A DNA stretch of 63,681 nt, counting the filler, from Saprolegnia diclina VS20 (taxonomy: Eukaryota), in NCBI RefSeq assembly GCF_000281045.1. It is 7 parts of 3 records of this genome, joined end to end, with 100 filler letters (N's around TTAATTAATTAA, not from the genome) between each part and the next. Parts side by side here need not be neighbours in the genome. Positions count along the whole stretch, not along the records: positions 43,898 to 55,848 come from NW_008246105.1; positions 55,949 to 60,283 come from NW_008246105.1; positions 60,384 to 61,988 come from NW_008246106.1; 4 more parts are not named here. One strand, 5' to 3'. This document shows positions 51,039 to 61,926 of the stretch, piece by piece; within the stretch, counting starts at the first letter, position 1; each line of letters opens with the position of its first letter. Below the pieces are notes generated by a model, which was not told the DNA's origin, did no database searches, and saw nothing but the letters and a program-made list of their open reading frames with translations. The translations under genes were made by a program, and so were the position numbers.

Positions 51039-53165
51039 ATGGCTCCCAATACACCCCATGCTGTCGTCCATGACGGCCATTTCCAACAAGTGACGACGCC
51101 CGCGTCCTTTGATGTGGCGCCGAAGACGAAGGAGGCCCCAAAAGCCTCGCTCGTCCGGCTCAGTGCGCATTGGCTCGTCGGCCTCTTGCTCGCGCTCTCG
51201 TTCTGGCCGCCGTCGACGTTCACGGACAAGATTTCCAACAAGTTTGATCCGTTCCTGAAGCGCCTTTGGGGCATTGACCCCAAGGTCAAGGGCTCGGGCC
51301 ACTCGGAGATGACCAACTACACGTACTTCTTCTTTGGCAACATCTTGCCCATCTTTGTGGCGTTTTTGCTTGTGCGCTTGGTGACCAAGGGCGCACCGGC
51401 GCCGATCCCGAGCCTCTCGCACTGGCTCAAGCGCAAGCCGCGCTTCCTTGGCTCACTCGTCAGCTACGGCGAGATTCTCTTCCTCGCGATCGTCATCTTC
51501 GGCAACGTCATCGTCTTCATGGGCTTTTACAACCTCAAGGTCGGCCCCAAGTCGACGTACGCGAGCAAGATCCGTGTCTCGGCCAAGTCGCTCGGCTTCT
51601 CGAGCTTGTGGAACATGGTCTGGCTCGCGCTCCCCGCGTCGCGCCACTGCTTTTGGATGGAGTGGCTCAACATCCCGTACGCCCACGGCATCAAGTACCA
51701 CCGCTGGCTCGGTATTGCGACTGTCTTTACGATGGTGCTGCACGTTGGCTTTTACATTGGCGCGTACGCCCTCAGCGACGAACTGATCAAGCTTTTGCCG
51801 TGCTTTGACTGCAACCTTGCCACCAAGCCCGGCAAGGAGCGCTGGATCAACGCGTTTGGCTGGCTCGGCACGTTTTGCATGCTTATCATCATGGCAACCT
51901 CGATCTCGTACGTGCGCCGGCGCTACTACAACGTCTTTTACGTCACGCACTTTCTCTTCATCCCGACGACGCTCTTTTCGATTATGCACTGGGGTGGCAT
52001 GGTCATCTGGCTCTTTGCCGCCATCGTGCTCTACATTGGCAACCGCATGATGTCGTCGGCCACGATCTCGGCGCCCGTTGTCGTCCGCAAGGCCATCTCG
52101 TACCCGCACCAGGTCACCGAGCTCGTCGTCGAGTGCGAGACGCACTACCAAGCCGGCGACGTCGTCTACCTCAAGGTCCCGGCCGTCTCCAAGACGCAGT
52201 GGCACCCGTTCAGTGTCGCGTCGACGCCGCTGCATACGCCTGGCATGATGACGATTTACCTCAAGAACCTCGGGCGCTGGTCGAGCCAAGTGTTCGAGTA
52301 CGTCCGTCAGTGCAACACCGCCGGTGTCGACCCTATCATCTACATGGATGGCGGGTACCCGTCGCCCGCGCTCGTCTCGTCGTCGTTTGAGAAGGCTGTT
52401 TTCATCGGCGGTGGCATCGGTGTCACCCCGCTCATGGCCCAGATCATGCACATTCTGCACACGGATGCGCACCAGCATGTGCATTTGATCTGGCACGTGC
52501 GCGACGTCCACATGATGGTGCAGTTCCAGCAGTGGTTCCACGAAGCGACCGCGCTGGCCGACCCGGCGCGCCTCCACTTGCATTTGTATGTGACGCAGCC
52601 GCCGACCGCGGTCATGACGATCCAGGACATGCCGATGACGTCGATGGTTGCGTTTGACCTCAAGGCCTCTTCGATCCCGGCGCGCCCGTACGCCAACATT
52701 TCCGTGACCCGCCAGGTGCTCCTCATGACGGTGGCATTTTTCTGTGCTGGCGGTCTTCTCGTTGCCGTGCACTTCAAGAACAACTCGATCGAAGGCGCGT
52801 ACCCCTCGTACTGGCCGCTCCAGCGTGCGGTCGAGTTCCTCGCCGTTGTCGTCGGCGCCTACTGGGCGTACGTCGTCATCTTGATCAAGCCGTACAAGCC
52901 CATGTCGACGGCCATGGCCAAGACGCCGTTGGACAACAAGGCCTCGGAGGTTATGACGATCGACGCGTTTGTGACACACTACAAGGTGCAGTACTGCCGC
53001 GCCGACTGGCCGTCGCTCTGGGCGCAAATTACGAGCGGCGTTCAGAAGACACTGACGCCCAAGATCGGCGTCTATGTCTCGGGCCCCAAGACGCTGTCGC
53101 GCGCCGTCGATGCGATGGCCAACTCGACGCTCTTCGATGTCCACCACGAAGAGTTTGAGATGTAG
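51039..53165 (+). CDS. Ferric reductase/NOX-family flavocytochrome (FRO-like), copy 1, intronless
   Basis: Bis-heme His pairs YHRWLG...LH and THFLF...MH, FAD motif QWHPFS, DGGY, NADPH motif GGGIGVTP, SGP and C-terminal HEEFEM. Confidence 0.93.
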   Translation: MAPNTPHAVVHDGHFQQVTTPASFDVAPKTKEAPKASLVRLSAHWLVGLLLALSFWPPSTFTDKISNKFDPFLKRLWGIDPKVKGSGHSEMTNYTYFFFGNILPIFVAFLLVRLVTKGAPAPIPSLSHWLKRKPRFLGSLVSYGEILFLAIVIFGNVIVFMGFYNLKVGPKSTYASKIRVSAKSLGFSSLWNMVWLALPASRHCFWMEWLNIPYAHGIKYHRWLGIATVFTMVLHVGFYIGAYALSDELIKLLPCFDCNLATKPGKERWINAFGWLGTFCMLIIMATSISYVRRRYYNVFYVTHFLFIPTTLFSIMHWGGMVIWLFAAIVLYIGNRMMSSATISAPVVVRKAISYPHQVTELVVECETHYQAGDVVYLKVPAVSKTQWHPFSVASTPLHTPGMMTIYLKNLGRWSSQVFEYVRQCNTAGVDPIIYMDGGYPSPALVSSSFEKAVFIGGGIGVTPLMAQIMHILHTDAHQHVHLIWHVRDVHMMVQFQQWFHEATALADPARLHLHLYVTQPPTAVMTIQDMPMTSMVAFDLKASSIPARPYANISVTRQVLLMTVAFFCAGGLLVAVHFKNNSIEGAYPSYWPLQRAVEFLAVVVGAYWAYVVILIKPYKPMSTAMAKTPLDNKASEVMTIDAFVTHYKVQYCRADWPSLWAQITSGVQKTLTPKIGVYVSGPKTLSRAVDAMANSTLFDVHHEEFEM

Positions 53166-54496
53166 AGGCAGTGGTAATAGCAATGCAAATGTATACAATG
53201 TGTGATGTACTTGACTTTATTCGTTGGTCGCTTGGCGCATCGTATGCACTGCAACCATACTATATCAGCCGATTAAATGGTCAGTTGCACAGCAATTGCT
53301 TACGCCGGCAGGGCTTGGAGAAGGAAAGGAAACGCCAGCAGTGGCAAGTACCTTCTGCTGCCAGCCGCAGCCGCACAGGGAAGAGGCATTGCTACGCCCA
53401 CACGTTCTACCTTTAAATTCTAGTGTAGGAGGAGTGCCTACTGTATGAATATGTCCACACGTTCGTAGTTGGAACGTACTACTCTAAAGGTACTAATCAA
53501 GGCCATGCCGCCGACGCTGCCGACGCAGTCTATTTCGAATCGTCGATGCCAGCTGCGAACCAAGCTGAACAGAAAATGCGACGGCAAAGCAATGATAGTC
53601 CAAGCGCGCTTCAACAATGTTCGTCGATCAACCCTAGCCCTTGTAGCCGAGATACGAATTGCACATCCTTTGCGTCATCGAGACTTCGAGTCGATATCGC
53701 CCGCTGTGTCTTAGTTGGTGCTGGAGCAGTGCAGGACCGACCACCACCAAACAGTACTAGTATTAATTTGCTGTAGTCTTTGTGCCAAGTTGCATAGTAT
53801 GTGTCTACGACCGAGTAAACACCGAGAATCAGTAGTCCCATGTGGCATTTATTGGAGCAGTCGTTTATGTGCGGTCGTGGATGCATCGTAGTGGTGGTAA
53901 ACACAGTACCCGTACCCGCATGCACTGCGGGGTCCCCTCCAGACGTTGCAAGCGTGATGTCGCGTCTCGTGGACGCCTATTTCTGGCTGCATCACCCATC
54001 ACGACGGCGCAGTCTCAAAGCGCCAAGTTGAGCATCCTCTTGAATGTATCGAGAACCCTGAACCCGTTGACGTTTCGGCGCCTGTCCGATCGGCATTTTC
54101 CCGCTCCTCATCCGTTGGTTCCAGGTGCGCGCCTGACTGGTACCATCACCGCAATGCACTGCAGCACATGTCTCCGCCATCATCACTACGTAGTGAGCTG
54201 CGTATCGTCGCTCGAGTTCTTGTCGTGCTTCAGGAAGCACCCACCACACGTTCGCATTGGAAACCACATGTTGGTGACTTGGTACTTTGGCTCGGCCAAC
54301 AGCCAATCCGATTGCTTGATGCATTTGATTGGCTTGCTTGTAACCAATCAAATGGCGGCGACTCAATCCTGGTGCCACCGAATGGCTGCAACGCCCCTCG
54401 GGGATCGCTTGTCCCGTGGTATGCCATGATGTGCTACAGTACCATGCGGCTTCAATACGGCCTCAATACTGCCTTGTCCTTGCCTTCCAGTGCTGC

Positions 54497-54512
54497 TCAC
54501 TTTTTCATTTGC
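54497..54512 (+). promoter_or_regulatory. INR-FPR core promoter (TCACTTTTTCATTTGC)
   Basis: Consensus match 14 bp upstream of ATG 54527. Confidence 0.65.
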
Positions 54513-54526
54513 CTTCGCACTCCAAG

Positions 54527-55848
54527 ATGGCTCCGAACGCGCCGCCCGTCGTGCATGACGAGGTCACGCCGCAATACCACAACGTGACGACGCCCGTGTA
54601 CCGGGCGACGACGACGAAACCGGACCCGGTGCAGTCGGCGCCGTCGCTTTTCGTGCACTGGATCATCGGTCTGTTGCTCGCCTTCTCGGTCTTTACCGTC
54701 ACGGTCTACTACATGCCGATCCGTGATCCCATCACGACCAATGTCCTCAACAAGTGGTGGGATGTCAACCCCAAGGTCAAGGGCTCGGGGCACTCGGAGA
54801 TGACGATGCCCACGTACTTCTTCTTTGGCGTCGTGCTCCCGGTCCTCGTGTCGTTCTTGCTCGTGCGCTTTGTGACCAAGGGCGTGCAAGCGCCCGTGCC
54901 GCACCTCTCGCATTGGCTCCAGCGCAAGCCGCGCTTTGCATTCTCGCTCGTGAGCTATGGCGAGATCCTCTTCCTCATCGTCATTACGGTCGGGAACGTC
55001 CTCTTCTTCTACTACTTTTACTCGGCCCGCGTGACGGCCAAGACATCGTACGACAAGCGCATCGGTGTCGCGGCCAAGACGCTCGGCTTCTCGACCTTGT
55101 ACAACATGGCGTTCCTCGCGCTGCCCGCGACCCGCCACTGCTTTTGGATGGAGTGGCTCGGTATTCCGTACGCTCATGGTATCAAGTACCACCGCTGGCT
55201 CGGGATTGTGACGATTCTCGCGCTCTTCTTCCACACAGTGTTTTACATCAAGGACTATGCCAACGATGACGACCTTATCGGGCTCCTGCCGTGCTTCAAC
55301 TGCAACATTGGGGCGGGCGAAGGCAAGTCGCGCTGGGTCAACTCGTTCGGATGGCTCTCGGGCATTTCCATGTTCATCATGGGTCTCACGTCCATGCCGT
55401 TCATTCGCCGCCGCTTCTACAACGTGTTTTACGTCACACACTTTCTCTTTATTCCGGCCGCGTACTTTGCCGTTTTGCACTGGGGCAACATTGTCATTTG
55501 GCTCTTTACGACCACCGTGCTCTACATTGTGAACCGCATGATGTCGTCGGCGACCATCCAAGCACCGGTCGTCATCCAGAAGGCCGCCGCGTACCCGCAC
55601 GAAGTAACTGAGCTCGTGTTTGAGTGCGCGACCTCGTACCAAGCCGGCGACATTGTCTACATCAAGGTCCCGTCGGTCTCCAAGACGCAGTGGCACCCGT
55701 TCAGCGTTGCGTCAACGCCGCTCCACACGCCGGGCTCGCTCACGGTGTACATCAAGACGCTCGGACGCTGGTCTGGCCAGGTGCACGAGTACATTCGCCA
55801 GTGCACGGCCGCCGGTGTCGACCCCGTTGTGTACATGGACGGCGGGTA
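54527..55848 (+). CDS. Ferric reductase/NOX-family, copy 2, truncated by gap
   Basis: Same heme and FAD motifs as copy 1; runs into Ns at YMDGG. Confidence 0.9.
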
Positions 55849-55948
55849 NNNNNNNNNNNNNNNNNNNNNNNNNNNNNNNNNNNNNNNNNNNNTTAATTAA
55901 TTAANNNNNNNNNNNNNNNNNNNNNNNNNNNNNNNNNNNNNNNNNNNN

Positions 55949-56105
55949 AGGTAGACGATGTCGCCAGCGTGGTACGACGTCGCGCACTCGAACGTCAGCT
56001 CGGTCACGTCGTGCGGGTGCGCGGCCGCCTTCTGGACAACGACAGGCGCCTGAATCGTGGCCGACGACATCATGCGGTTGCCAATGTAGAGCACGATCGT
56101 GGCGA
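55949..56105 (-). pseudogene. Near-identical fragment of ferric reductase copy 3 (about 58131-58287)
   Basis: About 155 bp with one visible substitution, abruptly joined to unrelated sequence. It may be an allele, a truncated duplicate or an assembly chimera. Confidence 0.5.
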
Positions 56106-57169
56106 TCTAGACGAGGGATCGTGTATTATGTGTGACGTAGTTCGGACTTGTCGGTGGACGGGATCATGTGCATTGAAGTTCAACGTACCCTGTCCCAAAC
56201 CTCGGGTTGTCTTGGGGCAGGGTGTGGTCTGGGGTGTGGTTGGTCTTTGTAGTTGCGGTGGGGCATAGGGCCGGTGGGCCATCTAGCGGTCTTTCTGCGT
56301 GGCATGCACAGTGGTTTGATCCGTGTAACTTACCGTGTTATTGCACGGGCCCGGCAACCGCCGGGTGCCCTTGTTGCGCTCGTGCCGCGCTTCGCACAAA
56401 AAAGTCGTTGTTCAATTAAAAGATACTAGTAGACAATACCAAACGCGAGCGTGTAAGATTGGCCAGAGCTCTAAAATGGACGACTTTTGATCCGAGTACG
56501 GTGCAGCGACAACGTCGTCGAGGAAGAAAGCGACCAACCACGGCACGCACAGTCAAATTTATGTCGGTTCCGACAGCCGGCCATTTAGACGACGTCCACG
56601 ATCGCCGCCAAAACGATGTGGGGTCCGAGCATGACGAGCCATGCCGGGGCACAGCTGCGGGGCACTGGTTGGCGGTAGGTGCACCATGGGAAATGAGCGG
56701 GAGTGCTATTCTAATTGGCCCAAAGCAGCGTGGGTGCGCCAAATTGACCCGTGCAGTTGCCAAGTGCGGGTGCTGCGTTCGTGCAATGCAACACCCGCAC
56801 TGGTACATGTACAACTTTCATGCGCATGCGCCAGGAAGCTGTTTTGGCCGTCTAGATAGACGCGATGAGTCGACAGCAACGTCGAGAGTAGGCTAGATAT
56901 CTGGTAGTCATTTTGCATTTACTGGTAACGTTAGCATTGTCGCTTTCAACCCGCCACTTTCAAATGACTAGCGATACTAGCGACTAGAGTTGATCAAATC
57001 ATCGACTATGACCCTACTCGAGCGTCGTACAAGGTGAAAAGTTGGCTCGAACAGGCCATTGAATAACGNNNNNNNNNNNNNNNNNNNNNNNNNNNNNNNN
57101 NNNNNNNNNNNNNNNNNNNNNNNNNNNNNNNNNNNNNNNNNNNNNNNNNNNNNNNNNNNNNNNNNNNNC

Positions 57170-59248
57170 CTACAATTCAAACTCTTCGTGGTGCAGGTCA
57201 AAGCGCGACGCGTGCGTCTCGGCTTCGATCGCGCGCAAGAGCGTCTTGGGACCCGAGACAAACACGCCGATCGACGCACTCGCTGCCGTGGTGTCCGCGA
57301 GACCCGCAAAGAAGCGCGACCAGTCCATGCGACCCTGCTGCACGTTGTAGCGCTCGACGAATGCGTCAGTCGACATGGTCGGCTCCTTGGGATACTCGTC
57401 GACCTGCGACCGCGCGACCGGCATCGGCGTGTACGGCTTGACCAAGACAACGACGTAGGCCCAGTAGGCGCCAATGACGATCGCGAGAAACTCCACCAAG
57501 CGCTGCAGCGGCCAGTACGACGGGTCGGCGGTCGTGATCTTGGTGTTGTAGTGCACCGCGACAAAGAGCGAGCCAGCGCCAAAGAACGCAGCGACAAACA
57601 AGAGCACTTGGCGCAGCGTCGACACGTTGGCGTACGGTCGCGGCGCCACAGTCGAGCTCTTGAGGTCAAACACATGGTTGCGGCTCGCAATCTCAGACGC
57701 AGGCGACGTCGCAGTCACAAACAGATGCAAGTGCAAGTGCGACGAGAGACTCGTGGCTTCGTGGAACCACTGCTGGAACTGCGCCATCATGCGCGCATCG
57801 CGCACGTGCCAGACCAAATGGACGTCCTGCCACGACTGCGCGTGCAGCGTGTGCATGATCTGGCCGAGCAGTGGGGTGACGCCGATGCCGCCGCCGATGA
57901 AGACCACCTTTTCGTACGATGCCGAGACGGGCGCCGGCGAGACGTACCCGCCATCCATGTACACGACGGGGTCGATACCGGAAGCCGTGCACTGACGAAT
58001 GTACTCGTGCACCTGACCGGACCACTGACCGCGCGACTTGATGTACACCGTGAGCGAGCCGGGTGTGTGCAGCGGCGTTGACGCGACGCTGAACGGGTGC
58101 CACTGTGTCTTGGAGACCGACGGCACCTTGAGGTAGACGATGTCGCCAGCGTGGTACGACGTCGCGCACTCGAACGTCAGCTCGGTCACGTCGTGCGGGT
58201 GCGCGGCCGCCTTCTGGACAACGACCGGCGCCTGAATCGTGGCCGACGACATCATGCGGTTGCCAATGTAGAGCACGATCGTGGCGAAGAGGTAGATGGC
58301 AATGTTGGCGTAGTGCATGATCGCAAAGGCCGTGGCAGGAATGAAGAGAAAGTGCGTGTAGTAGAACACCTTGTAGTAGTGACGGCGCACGTACGGGAGC
58401 GACGTGAGGCCCATGACGACCATACACCAGAACGCGATCCAGCCAAAGGTGATGATCCAGTTCATCTTGCCTTCCTTGGCCACGTCGCAGCCAAAGCACG
58501 GCAGCAGCGTCATCGCGTCGTTGGCGGCCACATACACTTGGATGTAGAAGGCCACGTGCACCGTCGCGCAGAGGATGGTCGCGACACCGAGCCAGCGGTG
58601 GTACTTGACGGCGTGCGCAAACGGAATGCCCAGCCACTCCATCCAAAAGCAGTGGCGCGACGCGGGCAGCGCGAGGAACACCATGTTGTACATGGCCGAA
58701 TATCCGAGCGCTTTGGCCGCGAGCTTGATCTTCTCCTGGGTCTTGCTGCCGGCCTTGACGCGTGTGCTGTAGTAGTAGTAGAAAAAGATGATGTTGCCGA
58801 CAGCGACAACGAGCAAGAAGAGGATCTCGCCGTAGCTCACGAGCGACCCGAAGATGCGCGGCTTGCGCTTGAGCAGGTGCGAGAGGCCCGGAACCGGGAA
58901 CGACGCGCCCTTGCTCACGAGACGCACGAGCAAGAAGGCCACAACGACCGGGAGGATCACGCCAAAGAAGAAGTACGAGTCGTTGACCATCTCGGGACGA
59001 CCCGAGTTTTTGACCTTGGGGTCGACGTCCCACAGCGGGTTCAAGAAGTCCGTCGTGATGGGCACAACCATCGGCGTAAAGATCACGGTAACGGAGAAGG
59101 CCGAGAAGGCCAAGAGCGCACCCGCGGTCCAGTGCGCCACGAGAGCGAGCTTGGACGGTGTCTCGACCTCATTGACATCATGCTGGAGGTGCAGCGCCTC
59201 GTTGGGCTTGGGCGTGGCGACCGCGTGGAAGTCGGGCTGCGACGCCAT
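57170..59248 (-). CDS. Ferric reductase/NOX-family, copy 3, intronless
   Basis: YHRWLG...VH, THFLF...MH, QWHPFS, GGGIGVTP, VSGP and HHEEFEL; INR-FPR-like TCACTTTCAAATGTGC at 59285-59300. Confidence 0.93.
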   Translation of the reverse strand: MASQPDFHAVATPKPNEALHLQHDVNEVETPSKLALVAHWTAGALLAFSAFSVTVIFTPMVVPITTDFLNPLWDVDPKVKNSGRPEMVNDSYFFFGVILPVVVAFLLVRLVSKGASFPVPGLSHLLKRKPRIFGSLVSYGEILFLLVVAVGNIIFFYYYYSTRVKAGSKTQEKIKLAAKALGYSAMYNMVFLALPASRHCFWMEWLGIPFAHAVKYHRWLGVATILCATVHVAFYIQVYVAANDAMTLLPCFGCDVAKEGKMNWIITFGWIAFWCMVVMGLTSLPYVRRHYYKVFYYTHFLFIPATAFAIMHYANIAIYLFATIVLYIGNRMMSSATIQAPVVVQKAAAHPHDVTELTFECATSYHAGDIVYLKVPSVSKTQWHPFSVASTPLHTPGSLTVYIKSRGQWSGQVHEYIRQCTASGIDPVVYMDGGYVSPAPVSASYEKVVFIGGGIGVTPLLGQIMHTLHAQSWQDVHLVWHVRDARMMAQFQQWFHEATSLSSHLHLHLFVTATSPASEIASRNHVFDLKSSTVAPRPYANVSTLRQVLLFVAAFFGAGSLFVAVHYNTKITTADPSYWPLQRLVEFLAIVIGAYWAYVVVLVKPYTPMPVARSQVDEYPKEPTMSTDAFVERYNVQQGRMDWSRFFAGLADTTAASASIGVFVSGPKTLLRAIEAETHASRFDLHHEEFEL

Positions 59249-60727
59249 GCGAGCAGCAAGTTGGGGCACGAGCTGCAGATCGAGGCACATTTGAAAGTGA
59301 GTGTCGCGGCGGCTCAATATGGCTGGTGGTCGAAGAATTTGATCAGTCGTTCTGGCCGTGTATCCTTATCTTCGCTGAGCAAACATTGACTTTACGTTCA
59401 ACGGATCGGTATCTTTCGCGCAATACGGCGTGCCCATTGGGCAAGAGGTAGCGAATTACAATCGATTTTGCTCTTGATTGGCTATTGGCAGACTACTAGC
59501 GCGTCAAGCCTCGTCCTCGCATACTGGTGGATACATCGTATTGGCACTAACCACTGGCTCCAGGCGAGATCGATGAGATCGTGCTCGATGGCAGGAGGCG
59601 CACATGCACGGTACACCCTAGCTCCTTCGACGACGCCAGGTGAAGTGGCCAGTGGCCACCATTTTTCAACGAATGGCGTCACCGGGCTTCAACACCATGC
59701 ATTCGAAACGTTTCAGTGACCGTCCTCTATCGAGCATTCCTCGCCCGTTTGACAGTTGCCGACAGTTGTTGAAATGAGTTATCACCGTGTCATTATACCC
59801 CCCGGTAATGATGGTGATTTTTCTCAAATGCTTGTGAGGGAGGCTGGTGCGTCAAGCGAGGAGTGTTCGCCGTCGTTGAAATGATTTGATAACATGCAAT
59901 TATATAATGAATATGGTGGACCTCCTGCTGCGCTCGTGAGGTTTGGCCGGTACGTCAAGCTGAGGGCGATGGTCGGGGCTCGGGATTGAGTTGGAAATTA
60001 GGCAGCAAGCACACCAAGGGTCGGCGCGTAGGGCATGGAGCGACTCGGCAAGCGAAGGCACCACGGCGCGGCGAGCCAAGTGGCTGGATATGCAATCGCG
60101 TGATAGTAGCGGCGTTGATCGCGAGTGCAACAGGGGAAGGGCGTCAATGTCGTGCGGAACACGCGGTTGTTGCGTTCAAGCCAAAGACTCGTACAAGGTG
60201 AAAAGTTGGCTCGAACAGGCCATTGAATAACGTCATCCAAACGCGCGACGGCGGCGATCATCAAAACTTGTCGACGTATCCGGNNNNNNNNNNNNNNNNN
60301 NNNNNNNNNNNNNNNNNNNNNNNNNNNTTAATTAATTAANNNNNNNNNNNNNNNNNNNNNNNNNNNNNNNNNNNNNNNNNNNNATGCTTTTGAAACGCAA
60401 AACGAAGGCCGCAGCGAGCGCCAAGGCTGTCAGAGCAATCGTGCTTGGTTGTCCAACAAGAGTGCTAAGTTGAATCGGGAAACCTTGCGTTTTGCTCTTT
60501 TGCTTCTCCTTGTTGCGACGACTAGTTTCATGCTCATGGCGTGCAAAATACATCAACATGTATCCAACAGCAGCGTGAGTCCTCGCAGGCCCCACCTGAT
60601 TTCGTCTTGCGGAAGCATAATGCCGTCGGCGCCAAATTTGAAACATATAGTAGGCCCTACAACGCTTTAATGGCTTGTGTCTCTAGCTCGGAGATACACA
60701 TATTGTCGTGTGGATCTCAACTACATA

Positions 60728-61926
60728 TGAAGCACGTCACCTAAAGACCGACAAAATTTGCCCTCGACTTGGAAGGTATCAAAATTCACGGACGTTATTC
60801 CTAGAAGCTAAAAAGCACTGGAATCGATAGATCTGGACAAGAGGAAGCTGGCGTAGTGCTCAGAAACGAAATCGAGTGTGTTATGACGGAGCAGTTGACG
60901 TTCTACCACCGTGACCTTAACATAGAAATGTATGGGCTTGGAGCCCTTATTGGCCTCGGGGGTGCACGTCCCTCGTCCGGATATGACCACGGGACGCATC
61001 CGGATTGTATTAAATAGCTTGGCTTTTGTATGTACGCTATCCGGTGGTGTAGGTGGTCGTATCCGGACGGTAGGAATGGTCATGTGCACACAGCGATGCC
61101 GCCTCCGAGTCGACGTGTGAAGAACGCCCGAGCGATCCCACGGGCTGATGGCCGCTTTGCGCCAAAGGCTGCAGTGATTGAAAGCAGCCCGGGGCTGGAA
61201 GACATTGAGGATGACACGACGTTGACGGTGGCGCTCAAGCCATCATGCGTCCCGGCAAGTTCTCGGACGGCCGCGAGCAGCCAATGGTCTTCGAAGCCGG
61301 CACGGAGAACGCTGGCCAAGCCAAAGGCATCAAGCAAGTTCTTCTGGAGCGTGGCATCGACGTTGCCGCGCATGGCCTCCGGATGAAGTGCCCGAACGAG
61401 AACGTCGATGTCAGCGCCACAGACGAGGTGCTCATGTGCTGCGCGAGGCACTGCGTCGCGTCGCAACCCGACTTCCGCTCCCAGGTATCGCTCTTGGAAG
61501 AAACGATCTCCGGTGCAGGTCACCACTGCTTGTTCTTGCCCAAGTTCCACTGCGAGTTGAATCCTATCGAAGCCTACTGGGGGGCAGCCAAGCGCTACGC
61601 TCGAGCCAACTGCGACTACTCGTTCGAAGGACTCAAGACTTGCGTGCCAAAGAGCCTCGAAAGCGTCCCGCTGGCGTCGATTCGTAAGTATTTTCGTCGA
61701 TGCCAACATTTTGTCGAGGCGTACCATTTGGGTTGCGACTACGAGCTGACGAAGTATGCCCACAAGAAGTACAGAAGCCACAGACGCATTCCCGGCTCGA
61801 TTTTACAAGAAAAAGACGCGATAATTGCCGAAATGAAACAAAAATAGTCGGTTATCCTCGAAAAAGTTGCTTGAGATTGCTTGCTCAAAATTTGGCCGTT
61901 TGTCGGTCTTTAGGTGACGTGCTTCA
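60728..61926 (+). mobile_element. IS630-Tc1-mariner superfamily DNA transposon, internally deleted (1199 bp)
   Basis: Perfect 28-bp TIRs TGAAGCACGTCACCTAAAGACCGACAAA (60728-60755 and 61899-61926), TA on both flanks (60726-27 and 61927-28) and an internal transposase remnant. Confidence 0.92.
61096..61847 (+). pseudogene. Transposase remnant: probable N-terminus fused out of frame to the C-terminal DDE part
   Basis: KGIKQVLLERG, CCAR...SQPDF and FLPKFHCELNPIEAYWGAAKRYAR (Tc1-like P..SP/CELNPIE.W motif). The first catalytic Asp residues are absent. Confidence 0.85.

Noticed and set aside
51039..59248. Calling the reductases NADPH oxidases (RBOH/NOX5)
   Set aside because: There are no EF hands, and the topology is FRO-like. 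Superoxide production cannot be inferred from sequence.
11618..59389. Long antisense and off-frame ORFs (e.g. 11618-13324, 22960-24573, 51453-53198, 58097-59389)
   Set aside because: They are shadows of GC3-biased real genes on the opposite strand.
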